62,240 bases of DNA from Eremomyces bilateralis CBS 781.70. Its lineage: Eukaryota. Under the pieces are notes generated by a model. The model did not search any database and had not been told where the DNA came from. It saw nothing but the letters and a program-made list of their open reading frames with translations. Both the position numbers and the translations under genes were made by a program. The stretch is taken from assembly GCA_010015585.1 (NCBI GenBank), contig ML975177.1; one strand, given 5' to 3'. This document shows, in pieces, positions 48,065 to 60,613 of the stretch (within the stretch, counting starts at the first letter, position 1; every line of letters begins with the position of its first letter).

Positions 48065-48900
48065 TCGACCTCGAACATTGGGCGCTTGATGTTTCTCTGG
48101 GACATGCCGCACGTTCGACTATCCATACATCATGACAAGTGTGCCCAGAAGGACGGATTCCGTTCTGCCCAACCTTGGATTTCGGACGTGTTCCTCATTG
48201 CGATCCGGTCCAATACCCTTCGACGGTCGACGGCTGATCTTGGGTTCCATATTCTTTTCGGGACGTGTTTGTTTCGAAGGCGACATCTGAATCTTTAGCA
48301 CGTTGCACCGTGTAAGGCGCAGGGAGCAATCAATCGTTAAATCTAGCTGTGGTATCTTGCCAATCAATGAATCAATACTCTGGGATTTCTATTTAAGCGT
48401 ACCAGCATCAGCCCACCTGGGAACGGGTTCACCAGCAATCTGATGCGGGACGAACCGAGCCTATTTCTAGCTTTAACCCCCCGTCCGGAATTTGAGGAAT
48501 CAGCTGTTGGGCGGTTGAGCAAACCCGCAAAGGCCGTCACAACTCACAAGTCACAAATGGTGCATTATTGCAGTTGATACAGAGAATTCCCTACAATGAT
48601 GATGGTGATCGAGTCAGGGCAATTGGGTTTTCCTAGGCGAAGTAAATACTAATATTTCTATAATTACATATTATTGGGCCTGGTGTTTGCAAAGCGGCGT
48701 ACTTTCGTAACTCGGTAAGAAATACGGGTCTGAAACAGACGAGGCTAATACAGGTAAACTTCAGGGAGGCACGCAACAATTATGACCCTAACCATTTAAC
48801 CATTAAGGGAAACCGCTATTCACCAAACAAACGGCAGACCATTCGGAGTTGATGGTGGTAAACGCGACAGTGCTGTTCATATGAGCTCTTCAGCGTCGTT

Positions 48901-48940
48901 TGTTGCGTTTTGTTGCGTTTTGTTGCGTTTTGTTGCGTTT
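48901..48940 (+). repeat. 10-bp tandem repeat (TGTTGCGTTT) x4
   Basis: Read directly; ~215 bp upstream of the PLC start codon. Confidence 0.92.
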
Positions 48941-49155
48941 TGCTGCGGATTCTCATTGGTAAGTGTGTCCTTCGACGTGAACGGGGAAAACTGCTGCGGA
49001 ACTTAGCCACCAGCTGACGATTGCGATGCTTCACAGCCTGACCAACGACAAACCCCAGGAAGGCCTCTTCTTTCAGCTTCTCGGGTGCGTATAATATTCT
49101 AGCAACATCCACACTTGACCGGTTCGGCGACCAGCACATCCATATTCTCGTGAAG

Positions 49156-51512
49156 ATGGAGCAGCAATCACTCCCTCACCGACCGAAAGAGCAATCGGCT
49201 CCGATCCAGAGCCAAGTTCCAGACACAAATCAAGGAGGTGGAGGCATTCTGGAGGCAGCCAAGGATCGTGTCGAACGATTCAATCCCATATTGCTGGGAT
49301 ACCTGAAGAAAGCATACGAGGAGCTGGGAGAGAGGAAGCTATGGGAAGTTCAACATGAGTCTGCTGTCCCGGCCGCTGGGTTCGACAAAGCTCTGGAGTA
49401 TTTCTCCTCCCCCAAAGCCGATGCTATCAGGGCCCCGAAGAGTGTTGACCTGGGCTACTCCATGGCGAACTACTTCATATCGTCAAGCCATAATACATAC
49501 TTGACTGGGGACCAACTTTTCAGCGACTCGAGCACCGACGGGTACAAGAACGTAAGGACCTTGTCTGGTGCCTGTGTTGCTGTGTTTCATTCGCTCATCC
49601 TCCCTCTAGGTCCTTCTGCGCGGTTGCCGCTGCGTAGAGATTGATGTGTGGGATGGTGAGGAGGACAGCTCATCCGATTCAAGCTCAGACAACGAGCCGC
49701 CTCTAAAGCCAGTCGCTCATGTGAAGACAGGCCTTCGTGAGAGGCTCAAGTCCAAAATCAAAGAGACAGCCGAAAAGAAATCCCCGGCGAAACCCCCGTC
49801 GAAATCTCCACCAGGTGAGACGGCCTCGAGCGCAGGGCAGACGCCCTCCCGTTGCCGCTCGAATTCCTCTCGCGTGGAGCCACGGGTGTTGCACGGCTAT
49901 ACCGCCACCAAGGAAATCCCATTCCGTGCAGCGTGCGAAGCGATTCGAGACTATTCGTTCGTGGCCAGCGACCTTCCTGTGATCATTTCCTTGGAAGTGC
50001 ACACCTCGCATGAACAACAGGAGATCATGGTCGAGATCATGGAAAGCACGTGGAAGGGCATGCTCGTCGACCTGCCCGACGATGTCGGGGATAACACCTC
50101 TCTTCCCGTCCCGAACGACCTGCGGAACAAGATCCTAATCAAGGTGAAGTATACCCCCACGGAAGCTCAGAAGCCAGGCGCGGGCAGTGGAAAAGCGGGA
50201 GAGGCGCAGCACGAAGGATCACCCGAGGGCACTGAGGAGCCTGCAAAGAAAAGCAAGATCATTGCAGCGCTCTCTAAGCTCGGTGTCTACACAAGAAGTT
50301 ATCACTTCAAAGATTTCCTGCAGCCAGGTATGCCTCGTCTATCGCACCTTACCGTGGGCAGACGTCGCTAACTGCCGAAATAGAGGCTGCTATTCCAACC
50401 CACATCTTCTCACTTTCTGAGGGTGCTCTGATGGAAGTGCATGAGAAAGATCCTAAGGGGTTGTTCGGTCACAACCGCCAGTTCATGATGAGGGCCTACC
50501 CAAAGGGTACTCGTGTGTCATCTTCTAACTTGGATCCGATTCTCTTCTGGAGACGAGGGGTCCAAGTCGGTGAGTAGATGTCATACCCCGAATTATTATC
50601 ACGCTGATCTCGCCAGTTGCCCTGAACTGGCAACGATGGGACAAGGGCACCATGTTGAACGAGGCCATGTTTGCAGGGTATGGCGGCTGGGTGCTGAAAC
50701 CAGCGCCCTTCAGGAGTCATATATCCAGCGATAAAGGGGCAGCGCTTCAGAAGACTCCTTCCGTTCCAACGACCGCCTTCTCGGCCATCGACTTATCGAT
50801 TACCTTCTACGCGGGACAGGACATTCCCTTACCCAAGGACGAAAAGGAGAAGAGCTTCGATCCATACGTGAAATGTGAATTGCATGTCGAGTCGGAGCCT
50901 TTGCCGGGCGGTGAAGGAACAAAGGCCAAGGACGGCGAGCTCAAGAAGAAGACCAAGACGGCGAGCGCGGGCACAAATCCCGATTTCAAGGGCGAAACCC
51001 TTGCCTGGAGCAATATTTCTGGGGTCCTGCCAGAAATGGCTTTCGTCAGGTATGTGGGATTTCCCATCATCAACAAAGCTTGGGTTTTCCAGTCTTTCAT
51101 CCTGGCAGTCTACTCTGCGAGAACCATCAATACGCTTTTTCCATCTCTTCCCTACCCTGTAGCTTTGTGTCCAAGAGTAGAAGCACGCAGCGAGAGTCTC
51201 AAGGATATGACTTCATCTATTGCATCCTGTCCGGGTCCACGTGTGACTGTGTAACCTTGCACTAAATTATCGTTTATTGCTTCAAGATGTACTTCCGAAC
51301 TCTGCCTAGGGTCAAGAACCGCTAACAGAATTTGCAGGTTCAAAGTCATGGACAACGATAAGATTGGACGGGATGACTTCGCAGCCTGGGCATGCGTGCG
51401 ACTGGATCGTCTGCAACCCGGTTTCCGGATCGTTCACCTCTTTGGTCCCAATGGTGCCAAGACGAAGGGGATCCTCCTGATCAAAGTCGACAAAAGGTTC
51501 AGAGTCAGTTGA
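49156..51512 (+). CDS. Phosphoinositide-specific phospholipase C, X-Y-C2 (introns 49552-49609, 50328-50383, 50570-50616, 51050-51337)
   Basis: X box YFISSSHNTYLTGDQL, GCRCVEIDVWDG, VLHGYT, PVIISLEVH. Y box RAYPKGTRVSSSNLDP..FWRRGVQVVALNWQ. C2 domain ending LDRLQPGFRIVHL. No N-terminal PH domain. Confidence 0.94.
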
Positions 51513-54456
51513 AAAGCCACTTGTGTCCCACACTCTGTGAAGTATATCTGCAGTGTTCGGAGTGTTGCAGACACGTTCATTTGAACGAGATAAGTTCTGC
51601 TCTTATTAATGTGACCATGAAACATGTGCGTTCCACCTCTGGCAGGCACCTGGAAATGGGAAATGTCAGTGGTATCACGAGTATTAAACCCAAGGGCATT
51701 TGGCTGGCCTGAAGCTTGTCTAGATGACTCTCGTTGCACGAAGGTTGTCAGCCCAAAGATCTGGCGCCGTGGAACGCTCGCAGAGAGATCGTTCTGTCAT
51801 ATCGCACCGAGAGAACGTAATCACATAGAATTACACGGGCAATATAATCCAATATCCGTGCGATATGACACTAAGCTGTCACACGCCAACTCCATCCAAT
51901 TCAGGCGAGGTCACTCAAAGGCGCTGTGCTTCGACAAGTGTAGCTCATGATGTGAGCACCTTTCTACTACATCATCCAGATTCCCATCTGGGGCATGATC
52001 AGCTCTGGCCACGTTGATCTTGAACGTGCTGCAGCAATCCGCTCCTACAGCGTTCGTCCCACTCTATCTCACCGGTCCGGATAACAAAAGCTGTCCTGCT
52101 TTTCTTGAATCTTTCAACTCCCTGGATCGGCACAGGGAAGGTCACCTACCTCATACCTGAGTTGCTTTCAGCGCGCTAACCGGTCTGGAAGACGATGAAC
52201 GGGCTGACCATTGCTCTCTAACTTTAGAGGCCACTGGATTGAAGATTTCGTCCGAAGAGCTACGAAACACGAGGCCACCGGCTTGCTATTGAGTAAACAG
52301 GGATGTCTGATGAGTTTCAGGTACATCCCAAATGGTCCTATTAAACTGGAGTGAATCCACTGGTATGTAAGGCTGGATGGATTATGCGTGCTGATCGGAA
52401 CGACATGCCATATTCTCAGCGGCAAGCTCGCCTGGAAGTGCATGAGGTGCTTCAGAAAATACCGATCCGAGCCGCAATCATGATTATTCCCCGTCCGATG
52501 GGGTGATGGGCTAGTAGTACATATTGTACCACCCCATCCTTATGGGACTATAATCATATTCGACCAACAGCAAGATGCGTACCAGATCGATAGGGATAAG
52601 CGAAATTTTGAGACACGCCAGTCCTAGACTGCAGGTAGTTGACTAAGGCTGACTTTGACAGGCCAAACGTCCGCTAACACATGGGCATCGCGTTACATCG
52701 TAAGTGGTGTTGATCTGGACCTAGTGCTGCAGCTAACCCGACGAATAGGAGTATACAAAGTCCTTCTCGAAGGGCACTACCACAATCCATCCAAGTCCCC
52801 GGGGGAAAGACGGTGAAACTGATTGATGTGTCCTATATTCGGCGCCAGGAGAATCCAATCGAATAGCACCACCAGTCTTCTTGATATTGCATACCCAGGA
52901 TTCGGCTTAGCGAGCGGGGACTAGCAACCGGTCTGGAGATATCGTGATACCTTCGGACCCATCAATGTCGACTGCCAACGCGATCAGTGAATGTCGCCCC
53001 TTACATTGTAAGCTCAGATCAATCGCATAGGCAGCATACCGTAGTCTGTTCCATAGTAGGCCTCGTGGTGCAAGGGTCGTCGAAATATGTCTGCTTCGAT
53101 CGTCCATGATACCAGACGAATCCTCCATGACTCACCGCGGCAGAAAGTTCTAAAAAGACATATATTTCCACCAATCTATGTCAATTCATAGCCTTCAATC
53201 AAGGTCAAGGACTCACTCTAGGGACTCAGGTTATTCTCGTACATTTGGCTATTGTGGATACATCCCACAGCGGTTCCGTTTGACCGTTTCGTGTATCGTT
53301 ACCTCTAGGTCAGTGCATCTCGTGGCATTTTGCAATTAGGGTCTATCACCAGGAAGCCGCTCGCTACTCTCAGCCATTCAAAGACGCGTATTTGAGGCGG
53401 GTTGATAGAAGCTAAAAACTTCGAGAAAGGTGCGATTACACACTACGGTAGTCTGTACCCCGCTAATACGCTCTCTCAGTGTGCGATCAGAGAGTTCGGA
53501 CTGGAGTGGGATGCGAATGTTCTCACCCTTGTAGGGCAGAAATGTGATAGATCATATTGCGATGCATCATGCCGATGGATCCAGCTACCTGGGCAGCTGG
53601 GATACCTACTAACGAACCACTTCCATCCTGCATTGCCGACAGATCGGCTGACCAGGGTATGGTGCATATCATGCCCCTGACCCTGAGACTCGTTTACGTC
53701 CTGGAGGCTGGAAGGGAGATACCTTGAGAGCCGCAATATCGGAGTAATATCAATGTGAATGATCGAATTCGAAAGACTGAGGATTTACATCAGCTTCTCC
53801 TCACTATAAATAAATGGCGTTGGCGCAGATGGATTAGCAGTTTGGTAAGGAGTTGCCAGTAAGCCAAACATATCATACACAAGACTGCTCGAGTATCAGG
53901 ACGCATATCTCGACCAACCTAATGGATGTGATAGTGAAACCCCTGTCAAGTTACGGTCACTGTGTGGACTACTTACATGTCCGCCATGTATGAACCTTGC
54001 CTGCTTGTGTCTCCATCTTTGGAAATGCTGTCCAGGTGGTCGGGACAATCTGGTGGATCAGTACACATCCAACGCTAGGTAATATGACACAACGTTTTTT
54101 ACAACGATTACACATATTAGTCGAGCCTGCCGCGCTATCCACTACCGTTCGCATTCCGCCAGAATGCGTGAGGTATCACAACTAGACGATCGAAGCAAAC
54201 GCAGCATGAAGCGAAGTCGAACCGGTGTAGAAAATATTTTGCGCCTTTCATGATATAGCAACATGCGAGCTATAAATGTAGCTTGACTTCCCAAGTCCAA
54301 CAGATGTCTCGACAACCACCAATTCAACCTTTGTCTTTGAGTCTTGTCTTTGTGCTAATAACCCATTCATGCGATCGGCCTTTCAATTGCAAAAGCAATA
54401 ATCCAATCCCTTCCCCCTTCCGCAGTACCCCTGAGTTTCCTTCAGCTTAATTCGCA

Positions 54457-54748
54457 ATGGCCCAGAATTTGCGTCACCTTCAGATGCTCGAACAGCTGGG
54501 CATCCAGCAATTGCTGGAGTTGACCGTCGGTGGTGGGGTCGAGGGCGACGATTCAAGCGAAGGGGCTGAAGACGGCGTCGTTCAGGTCATGACGGTATAT
54601 ATCTTGCCCCGAGTATGATAGAACACTGAGAAACTGATCATGTCCGCAGATACCCGGCCGAAAATGCCCGACGTGTGGAGCTAAGGGCACAACCGTTTGG
54701 GTCATCCCGGGAAAAGCCTGCCCGGCTTGCGGAACAGTTGTGACCTGA
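54457..54748 (+). CDS. 78-aa double-CxxC (zinc-ribbon-like) protein, two exons (intron 54595-54649); absent from the ORF track
   Basis: MAQNLRHLQMLEQLGIQQLLELTVGGGVEGDDSSEGAEDGVVQVMT|IPGRKCPTCGAKGTTVWVIPGKACPACGTVVT*. Phase-0 intron GTATAT...CTGAT...CAG; good start context GCAATGG. Confidence 0.75.
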
Positions 54749-55884
54749 TAAGTCCAGGTAGGACAGTCGAGCCTTTAGTTTCAGGGGAAAGCTAACAAGT
54801 ATGAAAGCGGAAAACTCCAAGTTGAGAACTCCTCGAGAATAGGCGAGGGATTGACCAAGGCCACGGACGTGAATGGAGAGGAACTTTTGCATCAGTCTGG
54901 TCCTATATGGCCATACGATATTTTCTGTATGATGCATCATTAGGATTGTAATTCAATTTCAGAAGCTACACTTACCTGGCCTTGTTTCATGTCGCTTCAC
55001 ATTGAATCTCGTCACTGGTGTGCTCGTAGTGCAAAAATCCCCCCGAATATGCCCTCCAGAAGTCGAATCCTATCCAAACCCAGCCGAAAGATGGTCTGAG
55101 AAAGTCCAAGGAATGGAGTTTCCGTAGATGTGCATGTCCGTCTGCGTGGGACGCCTATGATCTTTCTCTTGCTCGGCGTGATGAAACCAGGACATGTCAT
55201 TATCGTAAGTGTAGGTTTGGTTTTCGATCCGACCAATCAATTGTAGGGACGCGTCTAAACTCAATAGGTTCAGACGCTGCGCATGAGCCTAAAGAATCCT
55301 CATCAGGGTCTAGCCAGCTTTGAGGGTAGATATTATTGGTATTGTGAACAAACATGGAATGATTCGGGGGCTATAGCCCCCACCAAATGGTCACCGCCGG
55401 TACCTAATCCTGGAATAGATCCACGATGAGCTTCTAGGCATATTGGTAACGGGATAACATCTTCGAGATCCGGATTCAGGGCCGGGTCCAGGTCACTCCT
55501 GGGGTGCTGCTCTGGAGCTGCGAATGTCGGAAAGTCATGGATATCCGCGTCGCCCTGAACTCCTGAAGGATAGGAGACCTGCTTTTGAGATTTTTCGGTT
55601 CGATTATCATGTTGAAATGTTTCGCTATTCATGTTGAGATGAGACGCGATTTCCACAGTGGGAGAATCTTGTCGTTCAACTTGCCGTCCCGGGCGGGATT
55701 CATGCAGCTTCTCAGATATACTATGTTGGTCTCGGTTCTGGGGTATAGATTGGTCCACGGAAGCGGTCCTTACTCGTCTTCTTGACCCTCTGGGATGGAT
55801 ATCCCAGGCTGTAGTCAACTGATCCGGGGTATCCTTCCTGTTGATGTATTCTCTTGTCTCAAGGGTATTGGGATGAGACGACAT
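54638..55884 (-). pseudogene. Possible three-exon orphan gene with an in-frame TAG at 55070-55072
   Basis: ATG at 55884. Introns 55289-55353 (GTTTGT..CTGAT..TAG) and 54925-54975 (GTAAGT..CTAAT..CAG) link three ORF-track fragments in one frame apart from one TAG. No recognisable domain. Confidence 0.3.
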
Positions 55885-57573
55885 GTCGAATGAACTGATA
55901 CAATTTGGAAAGACGTGTGGATTTGCTATAGTTCGCATAGAGATGCATAAAATGAAGCGATGATTGATGGCGATTACTCCAGTCGACATCGAGGTGCATG
56001 GTATATATGCGCAGACTCCAATCAGTATTGAGACAGACGGCACTGAGCTCTAGAAACATAAAAAAGTGAGGCGATAGTGAACAGCACAAGGGTTAATTAA
56101 ATTTTGGGGGGACTTTGAGAACGTCGGAACAGATCATCCTCTTTCACAATACATACCACAACACGCTTGGACTCTTGCCTGTGGGATGCCTGTCGTTCGA
56201 TTCAAGTCTACTCTCACGCCGAGAAGAGCTGGTAGACCATTGACACAATCGGTGGATCTGGAACTCACCTACATTGACTTTGTTGTCCATCAAAACGATT
56301 GGCAACATTGCTATTGTCAAATGGATCGGTGGTGTTAGGGTAGCACCTCCAATCTGACTGCTGCAGTGGCATCTTAGGAAGGCTAGGGCATTGCTATTCA
56401 CAGCTGAGATCGAACGAGTTGGTTATGAAAGTGAGGCAAGAGATGGCAAGCTCTCGGCCTCTCGCAGGATATTGCAACGTACAGAGATTGCGCCTTGGCA
56501 ACGTCTACATCCATCAGACAAAGGTTAACCTGGGAAGGAGACCACCTTGCACTAGTATCGAGGCGCGAATTCTGACACTGATGGCGGAAAGGAAAAGACT
56601 TTGATAGATATACGAATGGCATACAGATAAACTATTAGTTCCATTTAGACGGGTGAATACTGAATAGATTCGGGGTTCTCAGTGGTCCCGTAGTCCTCGA
56701 TATCGTGGTCTCGAGGGAGTGTCGAAAGGCCACCGAGTCCGAGTTTCTGGGTTGGAGATTTGCCGATCAAGGAAAGTACATGCGAAATTGAAATGACTAC
56801 GGGGAGATTTGCAAGGAAAACACCGACTCTGATTGTGAAGAGCATATGAATGTGGTCGAAGCTATTCCTTCATTGGCTTGAGGAACTAAAACAGCGGTGT
56901 CAACCTTGGAAAGTGAGGCGGGAGGGCTTCAACAAGACCAGGGGAAAATCGTCGAAACATGAGAGGATCGGATTTAATGAACGGGGATGGAAGTGAATTC
57001 GTCTATCTAATCAGCCAGCCACAAACCTCGATCTCGTCGGTACCAAATGTTCCTCGATCGTTGTTGTACACCTATTGAACGGAATGATTTGAGTTGAATG
57101 TTGGACAAGAATTACGATCAGGAATTCATATCCATATCACGTGGGACGTGTCTCGTCATCATTATTAATCATGTTGACTCCAAGCCTCCAACTCTCCAAG
57201 CAAGCCTCTTAAAGTCGAATCAGACCACTTCAAAACGTCTCATAGAAACATTATTAGGGTTCGTTTGGCTTACACTAACATTAACAGAAAGGGAATCTGA
57301 TCTAATTCCGCGGCAAGAATTCTCGGACCAAAATGCACCGCTGAAAATATGCCTTCGGCCGAGATCTGCTCTCTATGTCCGTAGGGGCCATTTAGTTCGA
57401 TGACCGTTTTTGATGGCGTCCTTGAGGCTTATCTCAGCTTGGGCTCAGACACTACCCAAGCCATGACCCCTAGCTAAGCTAAACCGTAACCAGATTAACC
57501 CCATGTTTAGCGTAGAATCTAGTCACGTGAGTACAACTGTCTTGTGTAACGTCTGAGAAATTACCTCAGCAAG

Positions 57574-57661
57574 CTCAGGCTATTTGTGGTCGTGCCAAGG
57601 CACCGGAGCGGACTATACCTAATCGGTAAGTCACATGTGCTCCTCGAACAAATAGCCTGAG
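57574..57661. repeat. Perfect 14-bp inverted repeat CTCAGGCTATTTGT / ACAAATAGCCTGAG with 60-bp spacer
   Basis: Arms at 57574-57587 and 57648-57661, ~160 bp upstream of the DUF6589-like ATG. Confidence 0.85.
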
Positions 57662-57820
57662 GATTCTGTCCACCTATTTCGGCGTGTGCCGTGAACTTTC
57701 ATGCCAAATAGAAGACCATCTTTAACTCCATTTTTATCCACAACCACATGGTGCATCATCAATTGAATACATCCATTCGATTCCTCTGGGCTTTTTCCAT
57801 AATTGATTGAATTTTGGGCC

Positions 57821-60548
57821 ATGTCGGCCCAAAACCAGCGTCGTCAGAGTGCGCGGTTGAACCCGCCCATCTTGCCTCCCGCTCCAAGTCCTCGGCATAT
57901 TGCTGCTTCAAACACATCTAATGCACCTCGTCAGAAAGTAAGAAGGTCTCAAAGACGCAGTAAAGCGCAGAGAGTAAACGAGATATGCCAATTCATGCGG
58001 AAAAAAAAAATTACATTACGAGAATTTATCCATGTCTACGCGACGACTCAAGGGTCTGGTGGTTATGGAGAGCGCCCTGCCACGCGTGCCAAACGGCTCG
58101 CCGAGGCCGTCTACGGTCAACCAGAGGTCTTAGACGCGCTGCAAGAACACCCCGCGTCTGGTGCGACAGGAATTGTCACTATAAAGGGTCTGAGGAAGGA
58201 AATGAAGGCACTGGAAGAAGCCGGAGGTATGTTTAGTGCCTACCAAGTCGACCGTGTCCAAGAGAGAACTTCACCTGCCGGCATGGGAAGGGAGAAAGAG
58301 CCAGAGGGACAGAAAGTCGAGGACTACGAGCGTATACTGGGCGATATGCAGTTTGGGCAGATGTACGAGCAAGTTAACACTCATGCTCCTCTTCTATGTG
58401 GATTGCTTAATGGCATCATGGCGCCCAAGAGAGAGAGAAAAGATCGATCACTACGGGACCCTGTCAAATTCAACCACAGGATTGCGATAATCACGTCGAT
58501 TCTCTGCTATTCTCGGGCGTCGGAAGGGAGCAACAAGTTTCCCCGCGTATTTGGTGCCTTTCTGCACTCAAATGGCGTGAAACGGCGTATCCTCGATCTT
58601 CTTCACCAGTTTGGGGTTTGTGAAGGCTACAAGGGAGTCCACAGACATCTCGAAACCGTGGCAGAACAAGCAAAGGCATCTTCACCGCCTCTCAGCATAG
58701 ACGTCGACTGATTGCAACTAGGGAACGGTCCGTCGATATGGTCAGCAACTAGATGCCTGTGTTGTGTATGACAATTTCGACTATCGAGAAGGTATTAAGC
58801 ACCAGCTCATTTCAAATCACGCAGAAATGCGCTCTGTGACAACGGGAAAGGTTTTCAGAGGCGCCGATATCCCCTCTGGTGGTTTAAAGCAGTCAATGCT
58901 GCACCGCGAGGTTCCACTTACAATAGAGGATCTTCTATACTCTCCTGGTGCAGCAGTATATGACGAGACCGCCGCCAAGATTGATACCTACTTTATAGCG
59001 GAGGCAATTCGATCGGTATATCCACTCGCGATCAAATCTATCTTCTCTACGTCCGGTATACCTTACCCCGCTATGCCAACAGTCGAGTTACTCGAGCTTC
59101 GAAAGACAGACAGCAAGACGCTCGGTCCGATTCTCTTCAACGAAGGTACTCTAGATGGCTCCTACGAGGTTATAGAGAGCATCTACAAGCACCAATTCCA
59201 ACTAGATAATAAAGAATTCGACAACCGTCTGTTCTTGGCGTTTGGCGATCAAAAAACCTCTTCACTTATCCGATCTATGCAGGCTGAGCAAGTCGACGCG
59301 TCTATGGCGTATGATAGAAAAGACTGGCTGATAGGAGTCGCTGCTCTCTTTCACCTGCGTATGAATTTTCTATGGCTCATGCAAAAGACACATTACGGAA
59401 ACATGGAGCAACAGGACGCTTCAACTCTCTATCACAACATCAACTTCTGGGGACGAAAGAATATTCCAGCGGACCGTGCAGCTTTTCAGGTTCTAGAAGA
59501 GCTAGTGCTTCACAGTTTCGACGCTCGAGTTGTTGGACTACTTTATACTCGCCTCGAGCAGTACGGCATCGATATCTCCGATCAAGAGGGGGTTGACAAG
59601 GCAATTCGGAACATGGATACTAGAGGGTTCATGGAACTGGTGGAGGATGTTCGCAGATCCGCATTTGAGCCGGAAGCCTGGCGACCATCGAAGGAGAAGC
59701 ATACCAACAATACAGTCGATGAGGAGTTCCTTAGTCATGCTCGATACCTTCAACAAATGGTTGTGTACAAGACCTTGAAGTACGGCATCAAAAACGGAGA
59801 TATAGGACTCATCGACCGAGTCATTGGTGTCTGTTGCTTTTACTTCGAGGGGACTGGACAATCAAACTACGCATTCGAAATGCTCTATCTAAAGCGGCTC
59901 ACTAGCACCAAAGCTTGTGACAAGGAGCTTCGGCGCGCAATACTCTCGAATAGCCTCGTTAACCCGCATGGCTGTCGGGACACCTGGCAAGAAGTCGATC
60001 GTAGCCTTGAATATCTGAACCTGGAGCTGAAAAGAGAGCTTTGGGCCCGTCGAACGTCGACTTTCGGATTGGATGCTCTGTTCAAGACTACCTCATTAAC
60101 GGCAGAATATACTGTTTGTCTACGCAGGGCAGTAGAGGACGCATTCGCCCGGAAGGGCAACTCCACACATTCTGTGCCCTCCGCGATGGATGATATTCAT
60201 ACATTAGCCTTTGAGCTGGCATGCGACTCGATTAAATTTTATGACGGCGGCAGGGAGGCAAGACATCAAGCACCAGACATACATACGATCGGGCTCGGAA
60301 GAGTAGCAACTCAAAAATTGGAGGTGTTTAATGCAAAGGTCATAAGAGATGAAGATCGAATAGTCGTACCACCTTATGAGAGGAGAGGAGCCACGGCTGA
60401 TTTAGATCCTAATAGCGACACGATGGCGATATTGGTATGCGCATGCTCATGGAGTTTCTAGTCTCGTGCTAACAGACGTCGCCAGCCCTTGGCAGACAGA
60501 GATGTAGCCCATGAATGGGGTTTACCTTCGGACGTCGAGTCAGAGTAA
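57821..60548 (+). CDS. DUF6589-like protein, putative RNase H-fold DDE transposase (introns ~58676-58721, 60435-60485)
   Basis: Motifs GAFLHSNGVKRRILDLLHQFGVC, VYDNFD, FGDQKT, LFHLRMN, IKNGDIG, YFEGTGQSNYAFEML, LVNPHG, DRSLEYLNLELK. Last intron canonical; the first has a good branch point and acceptor but no strong GT donor. Confidence 0.75.
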
Positions 60549-60613
60549 CCTATCTATAATGTCCACTCGCTGTGGTTGTAGCGGCTATTATTCCCTTTCT
60601 TGTTGCGAGGGCT

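Noticed and set aside
52907..53128. Minus-strand ORF with an intron-like GTATGC...CTGAT...CAG segment
   Set aside because: No extended frame or homology clue; a decayed fragment at most.
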